This document shows, one piece after another, positions 49,972-63,030 of a stretch of DNA of 64,000 bases. The DNA comes from Rhizophagus irregularis (Eukaryota). Position numbers and translations under genes: made by a program. Each line of letters starts with the position of its first letter. Position 1 is the first letter of the stretch. The notes under the pieces were generated by a model. It was not told where the DNA came from. It saw only the letters and a list, made by a program, of their open reading frames with translations, and did not search any database. The stretch covers positions 7,564,001 through 7,628,000 of the forward strand of contig NC_089429.1 of NCBI RefSeq assembly GCF_026210795.1. The letters are read 5' to 3'.

Positions 49972-51865
49972 ATCACGTGATCTTTTTTTTTTACACCCTC
50001 GCTCTTACTATTTATTTGAAAGACAGTTAGTTTTTTCGAGTAGGTGAAATCACTTTGTTTTTCTGGGTGCCGTTAGGTAGTTCTTCTTATTATTTTAATA
50101 CCATGGTCGGATCTGTGGGATCTATCATATCGACGTAAAATTTGATCGTGATTTCCGATCGTTTCTAATGTTACACGGTGGAATTTTTACATTATAACAC
50201 AATTTTTTTATTCGAATTATTTGAGAAAAACTTTTTTTTATTAATAAATTTATAGAATGTCAATATATGCTATACTAAATATAATTCATCTGAAATGCGG
50301 GATAACTCCTCCATATTAATACCTCAATATCCCCGCCCTATATAAATGTCAATATGCTATACTAAATATAATCAATTTTAAAATGGGGAATAATTCCTCC
50401 ATATTAATACCTCCCCATGTATCTAAATATAATTTCATTTTTAATATGGAGAATAATTCCTCCATATTAATACCAATGCCCCGTCCAACCCATAATTACC
50501 ATAATTATTGTCTTTAGGTTGAGGTTGAACTTGAGGCATGGGTCAAACTGAGATTATGCAATATCAATAAAAAATTATTAATAAGTAAAATGTAAGTAAA
50601 AAGGAATCTTAAAAGATGAAATTAATAAATAATAATGATAAAATTATAATAAGATACTTACACAATAAAAGAATATAAATATATATTTAAACAAATTAAT
50701 TCGTAATTAAATTTATTTTTTAAATACTGAATTAATTTGTAATTAAATTCATTTTTTAAATAATGAATTTTATTATTTAATTGTGCCATAATAAGTTGCA
50801 GTGGACTGGCAAATTGGTAAATATTCATTTTTTGATATTTTATTATTAGGAATTTATTTAAACGGTTCATTTTTTTTTTGGTTTGGAAAATTTTGGAATT
50901 CAAGTCTTATTTAAAAGAAAAATATTTGACGCGAAATTTTTCTTTTTTTTTTTGGTTCTTTTTGTAATAAAAATTATTAATAAAAAGCCATGAAATTTCC
51001 AATAAAAGAAATTTACCATACGGAAATATGGCTGTATTAGGGCAATGCAAGTGTGATCAATTGATCGACCCGATTTCGTGATTTTTTATCTTGTTGATAC
51101 CTTTACCTATCTACCCTATCTATCGCACTACTAGCGCCTGATCCGCTGATCGTACTGTATAAGCCATAAAAACAACAGCCCTATTTTGCGTATTTATTAT
51201 TATTATTATTTTATTTATTCATTATTTAATCCCTATAAAAATTTTATTTTTTATTCCATATGTTCACGAAATTTAAAGCCTCAAAACTAGAGGTAGAGAT
51301 CCGTTGTTTGAACGGATATTAATAATTTTAAAGATCGTTAAAATTTGTAGATAGTGACCCGCAGATTAGCGGGTAGTCATTAAGCCATCATCTATAATGA
51401 CAAAGTTTTAAAAATTTATTTTCGTAATGTTGTAGTAATTGATTTAAGAATTTTAATATCCGGATAAACGTATATCCAAAGTGAAAATTGTGTATAGCGA
51501 ATCTATTGCTATATATAAAATCGAAATAAAGTTTTTATGATTAAAAAACATCAATTCCGCAAAGAATATTTATTTATCCAACTGAAGATTCAAACGGATA
51601 ACGGATCCAGCCTCTACTCAAAACATGAAAATTATCCAAGTTGCCTTTTAGTTATTCTTCCGTAAATATATCATAAAATAATTTTTGTAAATTAATTTAT
51701 GATATACGTAAGTACTGATGTGATGAGATTTTATCAAAAGAAGTGGCTTTATGAGCAGGCGAAACTATTTTTTCAGAATCAGAAAATTTCATCGGAAACT
51801 CTAATTTGGAAATTGATGTACGAAGCAGATCGATAATGCGTTGATTTCACATTTTCACGTGATGA
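49972..51865 (-). repeat. Dispersed non-coding module, copy E
   Basis: Reverse-complement landmarks from CACGTGATC to CACATTTTCACGTGATGAT, including the hAT MITE with CTCAAAAC TSD and three degenerate array units at about 50255-50480. Confidence 0.9.
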
Positions 51866-52673
51866 TCTGTCAGCCGTCGGATCGGATCGATCATACATTT
51901 ATTGTCCGGACTCCGGAGAGGTTAGCATTAGACGATTTTGTTGGCAATGATTTTCCTTCCTTCACATATCAGCCTGTAACATTTGTTCCGTGGCTTAGTT
52001 CACGTTGAAACTTAAAATAAAAATAAAAATACCTTCTTTGTAACACTGATGATTTCAAAACACCGCTTATTTTATTTGGTGATACAACTTGCTATTTTTT
52101 ATGTTGTAATAAAAAAATATACTGAGTAAATAAACGCGACGGACTTTAACGGTTTCCGTTTTCCTAGTAATAACTGTTAACTCATGAGATAGATGTTTAT
52201 ACAACGTCGGGAATATACAATTCAGACAATCCAGTTGATATTCAATCGGTCTATTGCAAATAAACGCGATAAAGACAATAAATACTGGCAGTTAAGAGTT
52301 ACAAAAATCTTTATTTTCAAAAATTAAAAATTATTAACTAACATACAGTATACAGTAAATTCGGAACAATAAACCTTTTTTAATACATAAAGTGTTAAGA
52401 TGAACCCTGAATGTGACGTAGCTAGTAATTACTATAAGTTATAACTCTAAGCAGATCATAAATTTGCGCTTTAGTGGGTAAAGACTAAAGATAAACAATA
52501 AATACAAGTTATCTAAAAAATTTAAGATCATTTGCCATATCTCTAATATAATTCGAGAAAAATATTTTACATTTTTATTAGAGACATTTAACAGTAATTG
52601 TCCGGAAGGACTATATGTCTACGCACTATGAAAAATGATCGATCACGTGTCCCGGAATTCCAAGGCGTTATGC

Positions 52674-52907
52674 CAGTGATGTGGCGGGACAGTGTCCCAC
52701 AAAATTTTAATGTCCTGTCCAAGTCCAATTTCATTTGTCCCATCCTGTCCCGTCCAAAACATTGTCCAATTTATTAATATTATATATAAATCATATATCC
52801 TCTTATAATGAATTTTTGTCCTGGACATCAACAACATCTTGTCCAAGTCCTGGACTGTCCTGTCCTGTCCGATCCAAGGACATGTCCCAGTCCCAGTCAC
52901 AACACTG
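52674..52907. mobile_element. hAT-type MITE, 234 bp
   Basis: TIRs CAGTGATGTGGC / GTCACAACACTG; exact 8-bp TSD CGTTATGC (52666-52673, 52908-52915); many TGTCC subterminal motifs. Confidence 0.9.
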
Positions 52908-53521
52908 CGTTATGCTGCTAATGAGTAGAAAATCGCTACCATTCTTGATATATGTTAACATCTTTATTTATTATGATACCTCGATCCGGACTTACAACGG
53001 TTCCCGTTTCCTAGTAATTAATACAAAGAAAAATTAATAACCAGATAATTTTGAATACTGTATTCATGATCGTTTACTAAATGGTCAAAATTTAATTTTC
53101 TTATATCAAAGCATATTATAATCAAAACAAAACATTTTATGGAATTAGAAACTTTAGCGTTAGACGTTAGTCACATTTAGATTACTCTATATAAATTAAT
53201 TTGAATTGCGTAAAGTATATCATGTCTTCGACAGATTGGAATCATTTTTGTTGGAATTTTCGCTAAAATTTGATCGTTAGATTTGTTGATCTCAGTGCGA
53301 AACGACGGGCTGTTTCTCTTTGTAATAAAATAAAATTATTTTAATCCCCTTCTGTTTTATGCATGGTTTAGGATGTTCTCAAGTATGGAACTGCATCTAC
53401 AGACCATCTTTTTTTTTTTTATAGAACTGCTGATTGGCTAAAATTTAACATTCCGTCGATACTTGAGTTGATCTATGTTAACAGTTAACTAATCTGTGCG
53501 ATATCGTAATGATTAGTTCAA

Positions 53522-53920
53522 TATATGGGCGGACTTGTAGCAAAAGGGGGGGTTTGGCCAAAATTTTTTTTTTTGAAATTTTATTTTAATTATATATAAC
53601 TTTATTTAACCTTTCAGAAAAAAAAAATTTTTGTTTATAATATATTAATAAAAAAATTTTTTATTTAAGAATTTGCAAATTTTGTATTTTTCTATTATTG
53701 CATTTAACAAATAATATAGATGCTTTAGAAAAAAACTAATGCTTTTAATGAATTCCTTGCAAAAATTTACCCTAGTTTGCAAAAAATTGATTTTAAAAAT
53801 CTTTAAAAATGATGGAATAAATTATAATTTATTAAATTAACCAATAATATTAAAGTTCGATTTTTTTCGAAATCACGTGATTGTCCGAGCCCCACCTTTT
53901 GCTATAAGTCCGCCCATATA
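53522..53920. mobile_element. MITE with ~28-bp TIRs in a TA context
   Basis: TATATGGGCGGACTTGTAGCAAAAGG vs CCTTTTGCTATAAGTCCGCCCATATA, one mismatch. Confidence 0.85.
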
Positions 53921-56900
53921 GCGAAAAAAAAAAAATTTAAATACTTCATGATAAAACTTCTAAAATTCTAAATCTTTAAAAGAACAATTTTTTTTAATAT
54001 AAGAAAGTAAAGACAACTTACCTAAATTTGAACCGCATTGACTATTGACCTAATATTTTATAAAAATCTCGTTTACTCGTATTACAGAACGAAATCGTAA
54101 TCGAGTTTTTTTCGTCTGCATAGAATGAACATTTTTTTTTATTTTAATTATTTGTTTAGTTTTATATATATAATTGATGTGAAATTATGTTTACTGGTGG
54201 TAATTCGAGGTGTATCACGGATCAAATTTATTATTTTTATTTGAATGAATAAAAAAAATACTTATTAACTTGGAAAGATAAATTTAAAACTTGAACAATT
54301 TTTTAATCTTTCTAGATTTATTAAATTTTAAATAATGAATGAATACGCAAAAATTAAATTTTATTATATTTGATTTAAAAATAATTATAATAATCCAAAT
54401 AGACGAAAATATTTAAATACTAAATCCATATCTTTGACGAAAAGTCCCTTCGCAGAAATGGCTTCAGCGAAATGTCCTTCGGCAAAATGGCCATTCGGGA
54501 AAGTGTACATTAATGTAAGATAATTTTTATTGCATTTCTTTGTTCATAGTATGTACAAATATAAATTTTCGTTCTTTATTTGTCGGTAGTAACTCATATG
54601 GATCGATTTCTATAGAAGGTCAAGTGTTGTTGAGGTACTCAATATAGATATAGAAAAATATCGACCCGTCACCCGTCAAAAATTCTGGAAAAACTCCGAT
54701 AAATGATCATTTTTCTGAAAATTGTTTATAAGGTATGTGACAGATTCGGATAATTTTGAGAAATATATTTTTGATTTATAAGAACTTGAAGTATATTGGA
54801 AAGAACTGAAGTAGTCAAAATAATGAGCTCTACAAATATTTTCCAATATCGGATTAAGAAGTAATGGTAATTTATCCAATATCAGATAAAGAAGTTGTGG
54901 AAAACTTTTTACTATTCTTATTTTTAATGAGTAAGAGGATTAGGGTAAGTGGACCTTATAAAAAATTTTTGAGAAAAACTAGAAAAATGATTATTTATAA
55001 GATAATGAATTAAAGATAAACGAATTAGGTTTTATAGTCTGATAAAGTATTTTCCCCTTCTACTATTCGATTATTAACTAATTTAAGAGATCATTTCTCC
55101 ACCTTTTGCTATTCACTCTTAACTGTTCTATTCCCCATTCCACAACTGCATCCTTTCTGTTTAGATAGTTCAATAGCCTATATAATTGGAAACCAGCCCC
55201 GATTGTTGCTTCCATTGGTTTAAGCTATCTACAATAGGAAACATAGTCGAAAACCAGCAATTTAGCCTCTTTGCATCGGTTTGTTGCTTCCATTGTTTAA
55301 GCTATTTACAATAATTTACATAATTGGAAACCAGCTTGTGTCACTTTCTTGTTTCCATTGTTTAAGAATGGCTCAGCATTATGCTAGAGGCATGATTAAG
55401 ATTAAAGTAAAAGGAATGGGAATTGAAGGAATGAACAATTTATGACGAATGCGTGTATTTGATTTTGATTATTATTGTAAATGTAAATTTTTATGGATTA
55501 CTCCCTTCTTATGAATTCCAAAGAGAGCAAATGTAATATCATCAGTTATATGAATACTTTCTCTCGTTATGTAAAAAAATGATAATATAAAATTAATGTA
55601 GGAATTAATTATTTTTGAGATGAACTGAAATGAATGAATTGTGCGAAAGAATTTGTTAAGATTAAAATGAGAAATGACAAGTATTGAGAAATGAACTAAG
55701 GAGGAATTATAAGAATGAATTTTTGAATAAATGCGCATATTTAATTTTTTGATATTTTTTTTATTTTTTTTTTTTGTAAAGAAAAAGTGAATTTTTCTGC
55801 CATTTCCAAGGAATTTTTCTGACCCTCCTTATAAGAAAAAAAATTTGACAATCACATGGTTTAATTTGGGCGTAAAAAAGGAAATGTTTCATAATTTTGA
55901 ATAATTAAAATATAACATTAACGTAATTGTCGAATCAAAATATCAAGACCAATAAATGTATGTTACATATTATTACATAAAAAAAGATCATGTTTTTCCT
56001 TTTATGAATAAATATGTTATTGTTTTATATTAAAAATTTGTATACCAATTTTCAGTTTGCTTTTGTTAAATTTATGAAACAAAGAACTTCGGATTAAAAT
56101 TCCGAATACGGTTCACGGAAGGTTCACATTTAGTTAATTAATATTCCCAAAAATATAAATTAAAAAAAAAATGTCTTTATGCTATACAAAAAGATGCATG
56201 ATAAAGTACGAGTACGAAAAAAAAATCCTAAATAATTTGATTCGCTGAACTTAACTTTAATGGGCAAAGTTATCCTGTAAGTGGAATCATCTATGTATCG
56301 AAGGTTTGGTCTTGAACTGTAATAATTATCAGCAACCAATTACAATTATTTTAGAAATTTGAAGTTTTTTTTCTAAAAAAAGATTTTTTTTTGTTAACAT
56401 AAATTAAATGATCCAATTTAACAAAATTTTCATAATATTTTAATATTTTGAATTATACAGAATTATTACACCACAATAACAAATTATGATCTACATATAA
56501 ATGATAAATCTTTAATGTCCGTAACTCCAGCTGATTACCGATCTACAAAAAAATTTATATAGTATATATTATATATTATATATATTACTATGATAAAATA
56601 GTTAAAATTGCGTGATATAATTTTTTTTTTAAAAAAGAAAAGAATTTTTTTTTATTTGAGGAAAAAAAAATAATAATTTGTTTAATTTGTTCACATTGAC
56701 TGTTTTTCTTTGATAAGATGCCTCATTTAGGTTCTTTATTTATTTTTCTTTTTTTTTTTTTTTAAAAAAAAAAAAAATTATCATAAACAAAAGATAACAG
56801 ATGACCAATTCTGAAACGCCAACATACATCGAAGTTCTTAAAAATGAAAATAATTACTTTTTAATATTATTAATAAAATATTATTTAAAACCTATTAGAG

Positions 56901-57635
56901 TTAGAATCAAGTAAAATTAATTAACCTATTAAAAATTTTGATGCTTTTGTTTACATAATAAATTTATTGTAAAAAAATTTTTTAAGATCATGTAACAATT
57001 TTAACAATATTATTCGTTCACTTTTATGTTTCACATATGTTTGTAAACAATTATTCCATGATTAGATTAAAATAATCAATATATTTTATAATGAATAATT
57101 TTTTTTTAAATTACTTTTAAATCGTTCCTTTTACAGAAATTCATATCTTAAAAAAGTCTCATGAAATACGCCCTCGATGATCACATTGTTATACAGCATT
57201 TTTTTTAGCGTATTCATTTAGATGCCTAGAATAAACATATTGAACCTCCCTTCCTTCTATCGTTCAAACGCGAAAAAGGAAATCGCGTGATTCACGTGAT
57301 ATGATACCTGGCCAAGATTATGTTGGTTTGGCCAAAGGATCTGCAAATTTTGTTAAGGCATTATTAAACGAATTTGTATTTCATTCCGCGAGGACCGATT
57401 CACGTACATGAAATTTTATAAAAAAATCATCTAATTAAAGAATTTTAAATGCAGTTTTTAGTAATTTTATTAATTTTATTGTTTTCATAATTTTATTAAC
57501 AGTTAATAAATTTATTGTAATTTTTATTATATATCATTAATATTTGTTTATTTATCGATGCGTTTCAAATTAGAATTTCCAATAAGAAAAAAATTCGATT
57601 TTTCGATATTTTTCATGTGACTTTATTTTAGATTT

Positions 57636-57720
57636 CCCCATCCACTCGATCGACAAAGAACCTTACACTTCATGCCTTAAGTTCTATCGGTTAGATTCTT
57701 TGTCGATCGGGTGGATGAGG
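57636..57720 (+). other. Isolated 85-nt stem-loop (candidate small-RNA precursor or miniature TIR element)
   Basis: CCCCATCCACTCGATCGACAAAGAA pairs with TTCTTTGTCGATCGGGTGGATGAGG over 25 positions, with one U-G wobble and one mismatch. Confidence 0.5.
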
Positions 57721-58668
57721 TGCAAAGTTTCGAACCGAATTCATGAAGATAATTATGAAATAACTATGTGACAAAATAAATAATAGTGATTACTATTGAA
57801 CATGTAATATAAATACAATTTCGTTATCTGTATATAAAAAACAACCAATGAATTAGTATAATCTGTGCACGTAGTATTAGATGTTATTATATAAATCCCG
57901 ATTTATATATGTATGATTGCATAATACAATTTCAAATTCTATTTTTTTAAAAAATAATGATTTGAAAAGATTAAAGGAATATTTACTAAATTTGTTCATA
58001 TTGACTATTTTTCATTTGATAAAAGATAGTGTCATTTATTATACAAAAAATCTAGACAATGGACAGAAACATACATTGGGAGTGATGATATACTTTTTAT
58101 AGTTAGTATTAATAAAACCATAATCAAGGTAAATAAATAAAAATTTTTCTATTGGTTATTCCTTTTACAACTAACAAAAAGGAATACGCCCTCGATGATC
58201 ATATTATTATGCGCAATTCATAGAACTACTTTTCCATCACAATATACTACTAATTCTTATGTCACTTAATAATTCTTTATTATCCCATAAAAGCGGTGGT
58301 ACAATTTAATAACAATAGATTTTGAACCAACCATACAGGGAACAAAATGATTTAACATTAAAGAGTAATTTCCAATATATGATTTATACGGAAAATTTCC
58401 AAATATACATACATATATAGATTGATTGATAGTTACCTTTGATTAATTACTTAATTAAAATCTTTATTATGCCATAAAGCCAAATTTCTTTCAGAACACA
58501 GTAAATAGGGGTTAGTTGCTTTTGATGTAATGATAAAATCATTTTATTATGAAAAATAGATATATAAACGCCTAAATTTATTACATGTCTTTTTTCAAAA
58601 AAAAAAACAAACTTTTCTCTTTAATTTTTCCCAATATCTAGAAAAAAAAACCTTTCAATATTGCTAAA

Positions 58669-59202
58669 ATGGACGAAATTGAAACCTTAGCAAAGTCTCT
58701 AGTTCTAAGATTAAATAGAAAAAACATCTTCCCCCCATTGTTTAATGAACCTGAATCCTTCGTTCCTCCAATGGGATCAAAACCAAAAAAACCTGTTAAT
58801 TCATTTATTATATGCAGACAAAATGTCTGCAAGGAAGCGAAAACAAAAGGCGCTCATAACATGCGTATTATAAGCAAGGCAACCAGTATTTTGTGGAGAA
58901 GTGCGACCTCTGGTGAAAGGACCGTATATAAAAACATAGCCAACCGTGTTTGTGAAATCCATTTATTAAGAAATTCGACTTTAATTAATTCAACTACATA
59001 TATTAATTCAACTGCAAATATTAATTCAACTGCATATAACCAACTTCCTTCAATTTCCCCATCTATTTCTCGTCAACTTCCTTTTCCCTCTCCATCTTCT
59101 ATTTTCGAAACATCAAATATGTTTTTTAACGATTACAATGATCAAATTATTCCATTTAATTATGAGGATTCCGATGAAGAATATCATTATCAATGGATTT
59201 AA
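58669..59202 (+). CDS. HMG-box transcription factor (MATA_HMG-like), 177 aa
   Basis: KPKKPVNSFIICRQNV...NMRIISKATSILWRSATSGERTVYKNIA fits the HMG box; intact single ORF with upstream TATATAAA and a low-complexity tail containing three 18-bp INST repeats. Confidence 0.9.
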   Translation: MDEIETLAKSLVLRLNRKNIFPPLFNEPESFVPPMGSKPKKPVNSFIICRQNVCKEAKTKGAHNMRIISKATSILWRSATSGERTVYKNIANRVCEIHLLRNSTLINSTTYINSTANINSTAYNQLPSISPSISRQLPFPSPSSIFETSNMFFNDYNDQIIPFNYEDSDEEYHYQWI

Positions 59203-59217
59203 TTAGTTTAATAATAG

Positions 59218-59422
59218 TTTTCTTTTGGTTTCAAAGATGTTATAATAAATTGTTATTTCTTTTTATGTTTTCTTTTAATTTCAAAGATGTTATAGTAAAT
59301 TGTTATTTCTTTTATAAATGTTCTTTTAGTTTCAAAGATGTTATAGTAAATTGTTATTTCTTTTTATAAATTTTCTTTTAGTTTCAAAGATGTTATAGTA
59401 AATTATTATTTCTTTTTATATG
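59218..59422. repeat. Four tandem copies of a ~51-bp unit directly after the HMG stop codon
   Basis: TTTCAAAGATGTTATAGTAAATTGTTATTTCTTTT repeated four times. Confidence 0.9.
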
Positions 59423-61855
59423 TTCTCGTGTGAAAATTTATTAGATTCAACCTATTTATTAATTCTTGAATATGCTCTATGTCAAGTTTCTTTACATGTA
59501 TTGAATAAATAAATTTTTATATTTTATTAATAAACAAATCAATTTTACAAATGTTATTTGAATTCTTTTGAATGTTACGTATAATTTGTCAATTTTTAGA
59601 ACTTCAAGGTAATAAAAACCAATAATTGAGGATCTTATTATCTCACATAATTATATAATATTATCCAATAACTCAATTTATTAATTTTTTTTTTTTCGTT
59701 ATAAAGTAGAATTACTTCGCGCTCCCAAATTAATCCATCCTTATTCAATAAATAAAACGTAACAATATAAAATAATTATAAATCCAAATTTATAACGTGA
59801 ACGATAGTTGCATGTAGACGGATAATAAGAATGTACATTATAATAATATAATTATAAGTCATTCACCTTGAATCTCGTTCATTCTTAAATATTGGATAGT
59901 TTTCTGCATCATTTGTGCTTCAATTAATAAATTTTATTTAAAATAATGGTGGTGACACAACAATGAAAGTATTCAACATATGGAATATGGTGTAATTGAT
60001 AATCAAAAAAAAATAATAACTTGGGATAGAAAAATGAATAAGCTTTGGATTTTTATTAACTTTAATACCTTGTTTTTTATAATACTGTAAGATTGGAATT
60101 TTCAATTTTTATAGAAATTAAATTATAAATCCAAATTTTTCCAGAAATTAATGCAATTAAATAAAAGATGTTGAGAGGGATTTTTTATCTAATCACTTAA
60201 ATATTAGAAAAAGTAATTTTTTTTATTGAGACATTCATTTAAGAAAAAAGGACATGAGACGAAAAAATTTTGGAATTTGCCTTTTATTTATTTATTATCA
60301 TGAAAAGAGTATTATTTCACGTAATAAATATTGCGTTGTACGCCAATGTTAGTCTGAAGTGCAACGAACTTAACAATTCTATTGAACGAATGCGCGCGCG
60401 TATATACCTTCGGTTAACATGCGACTAAACATGAGACTTTATAGATATACTAATTCAATAAATCAGTCCATTTGGACCTTGAAATACGTATAGATAATGT
60501 GCTTTTATATTCCTAGTTAATAATAAATAATGCGTTTAAAATAACAAATCATATGCATATCTGATGTATTATAAAAAATTTTTTATTATCCAATAAACCT
60601 TATTATTAACAAAGACTTTTTTGGCAACGGCGACATACAAATTATTGAAACGTATTGGTATGCTAATACAAGAATTACATCTTTTTTAAAAATTTGGATC
60701 AACCTAATCGTTACAGATATTAATAATTAGATTATCACCCATATATTCCACCTCGCGAATTTCGCTTTATTCCTTGAACGTGCATACATTTCCAGCAAGA
60801 TGATGAAATAATGCATAATCTATTTGGAATAAATAGGTTAAAATTATAAATTATTAAATATAAATAAATAAACAATTAGTTAAATGAACGCTAATCATCT
60901 ACCTTAAGGGATAGTTCTAATCGAAAAATATTAAACACTAAATTTTTTATTAAATTACGTCAATTAACCTCCTTAATAAAAAGAAAATGATCGGTTGTCT
61001 ATATATAAAATCCACAACTTCATTGGCGTAGCTTAATCTTTCACATCGTCCTGACAATCAGTATAAATCAATCAGAAGATAGTGAACCTTGCAATGCAAT
61101 TTTCTCATACATTAAGTAAGAGAAAGAAATTAACTTAAGGGAATTAAGTAAAGTAATTAAGATAAGAGAATTAGGATAAAGTAAGAAAATTGGGTAAAGA
61201 AAATTGGACAAAAATATTTGTGCTAGTGCTATATAAATCCTTAATAATTCGTCTCCATTGGGATCTACAACTTCGCGGGTAGAAACAACATCAACTTTGG
61301 GATCATATACATCCGCTGTAAAGCTTATTTTTTCTAATTGTGTATTACACCACAATACTGATTCATAATTTTGATAGTTACGCTGAGATTCGTCAAAAAC
61401 TAACAAACTATCCAAAATAAACGTTCAAAATAATGTTTTTTCGTTATCTATTAATATTAAAATATCACTATTAATTTAAAATTACTGATTCTCTAACATG
61501 ATAAATAATATTAATGCATTAAAAGATAACATTCTTCTTTTGAAACATGCTCTTTTATTTTCAACTGAATTGATATAAGATGGTAAAGTTTCCATTCAGG
61601 CCGTTCGAAAAAAAAGTAGAACCTAAAAGTATGACCATTAAGTCTACGTCTAAACCAGTTAAACCCATTCCTATCAAAGCCCCTGATTCATGTTGAAATT
61701 AAAATAATAAATTAATATAACATTCTTCCAATATAATAATTACAAAGCAAAAGTCAAGTAAAAATGCTTACCATTAAGCAAATAGAACAAGTATACCTCC
61801 AATTCTATGATGTTCTTCAACTCCAATTATTAGTCAAACACACAACAATCTTTAA

Positions 61856-62398
61856 GTCGATACCAAATCAAGTGGTAGACAATGATGGATTCTTATGAAA
61901 CCTCTCATATAAGAAATGTCTGATATGATATAAAAATTTCAGTCGGCCTTTCCTTTTGCTGGTTTGTAGAATGATTAAAATTCTTAATAATTGATGGTAT
62001 AATATTTTCAGGAGGCCTTTATTTGTTGGCGTCGATACCAAATCAAGTGGTAGACAACGATGGATTCTTATGAAACCTCTCATATAAGAAATGTCTGATA
62101 TGATATAAAAATTTCAGTCGGCCATTCCTTTTTTTTGCTGGTTTGTATGATGATTAAAATTCTTAATAATTGATGGTATAATATTTTCAGGAGGCCTTTA
62201 TTTGTTGGTATACTTTACGTCGATACCAAATCAAGTGGTAGACAACGATGGATTCTTATGAAATCTTTCATATAAGAAATGTCTGATATGGATATAAGAA
62301 TTTCAGTTCGCCTTCGCCTTTCCTTTTGCTGGTTTGTAGGATGATTAAAATTCTTAATAATTGATGGTATAATATTTTCAGGAGGTCTTTATTTGTTG
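61856..62398. repeat. Three tandem copies of a 175-188-bp unit
   Basis: GTCGATACCAAATCAAGTGGTAGACAA at 61856, 62031 and 62219. Confidence 0.92.
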
Positions 62399-62699
62399 TA
62401 GTATTTATTATTTTTCCCATGAGAAGGTAATATTTGTGGAATATTACGAGAAGAATTATATTCGTGCCTTTATATAGTTATCGATCCGATACCGCCGGTT
62501 ATTAGATCGATACTTGAGTAAACCTTCATACAAAACTGTTGTTTTGATTACCAATTTTTCACGCGATTCGATGTGGCTTTGATGATTTGACAACAATAAT
62601 CAATTCAATCATTCAGCAAATCAATACCAATATATTTATTCTGTTCACAAGCCACTATTATTTGATGGTTTTTTTTATCTCACCTGCCGTTCGTGCTTT

Positions 62700-63030
62700 T
62701 TGAATTGCGAAGATCTAGTTCATCTTTACTTATGCAAAAACCGCCGAACTGTCATGAAACTACAACATGATTCCATCATGTTCAGTTATATCCGATCGAT
62801 CCGATATTCCAAACACCTGCCTACAAAAAGGAATATGTTTCAATAAAAAAATAACAAAAAACAAAAAGTTTCGTAACTAAACGAAACATACCATGAATGA
62901 GATTAAGTTTATGAATTTTATATATTCCTGACGAAATTGACCCAAGAGATCAACAATTTCTCTCCAACCAAGAAATTCTTCGTAAGATCCAAGAAATAAA
63001 TATATATCCTCTTGTTATAATTTCTTAAAA
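62700..63030 (-). pseudogene. Decayed protein kinase-like gene fragment
   Basis: Frameshifted minus-strand segments GWREIVDLL / SISSGIYKIHKLNLIHG followed by a GTATGT...GTAG intron and MMESCC resemble kinase subdomains VIa and XI. Confidence 0.4.

Noticed and set aside
58669..59202. HMG gene as a mating-type locus
   Set aside because: No TPT, RNA helicase or homeodomain neighbours are visible, and HMG-box genes are known to be strongly expanded in AM fungi, so one copy is not diagnostic.
61068..61415. 115-aa minus-strand ORF as a gene
   Set aside because: No ATG start or recognisable domain, and the second half is low-complexity; probably part of a decayed gene.
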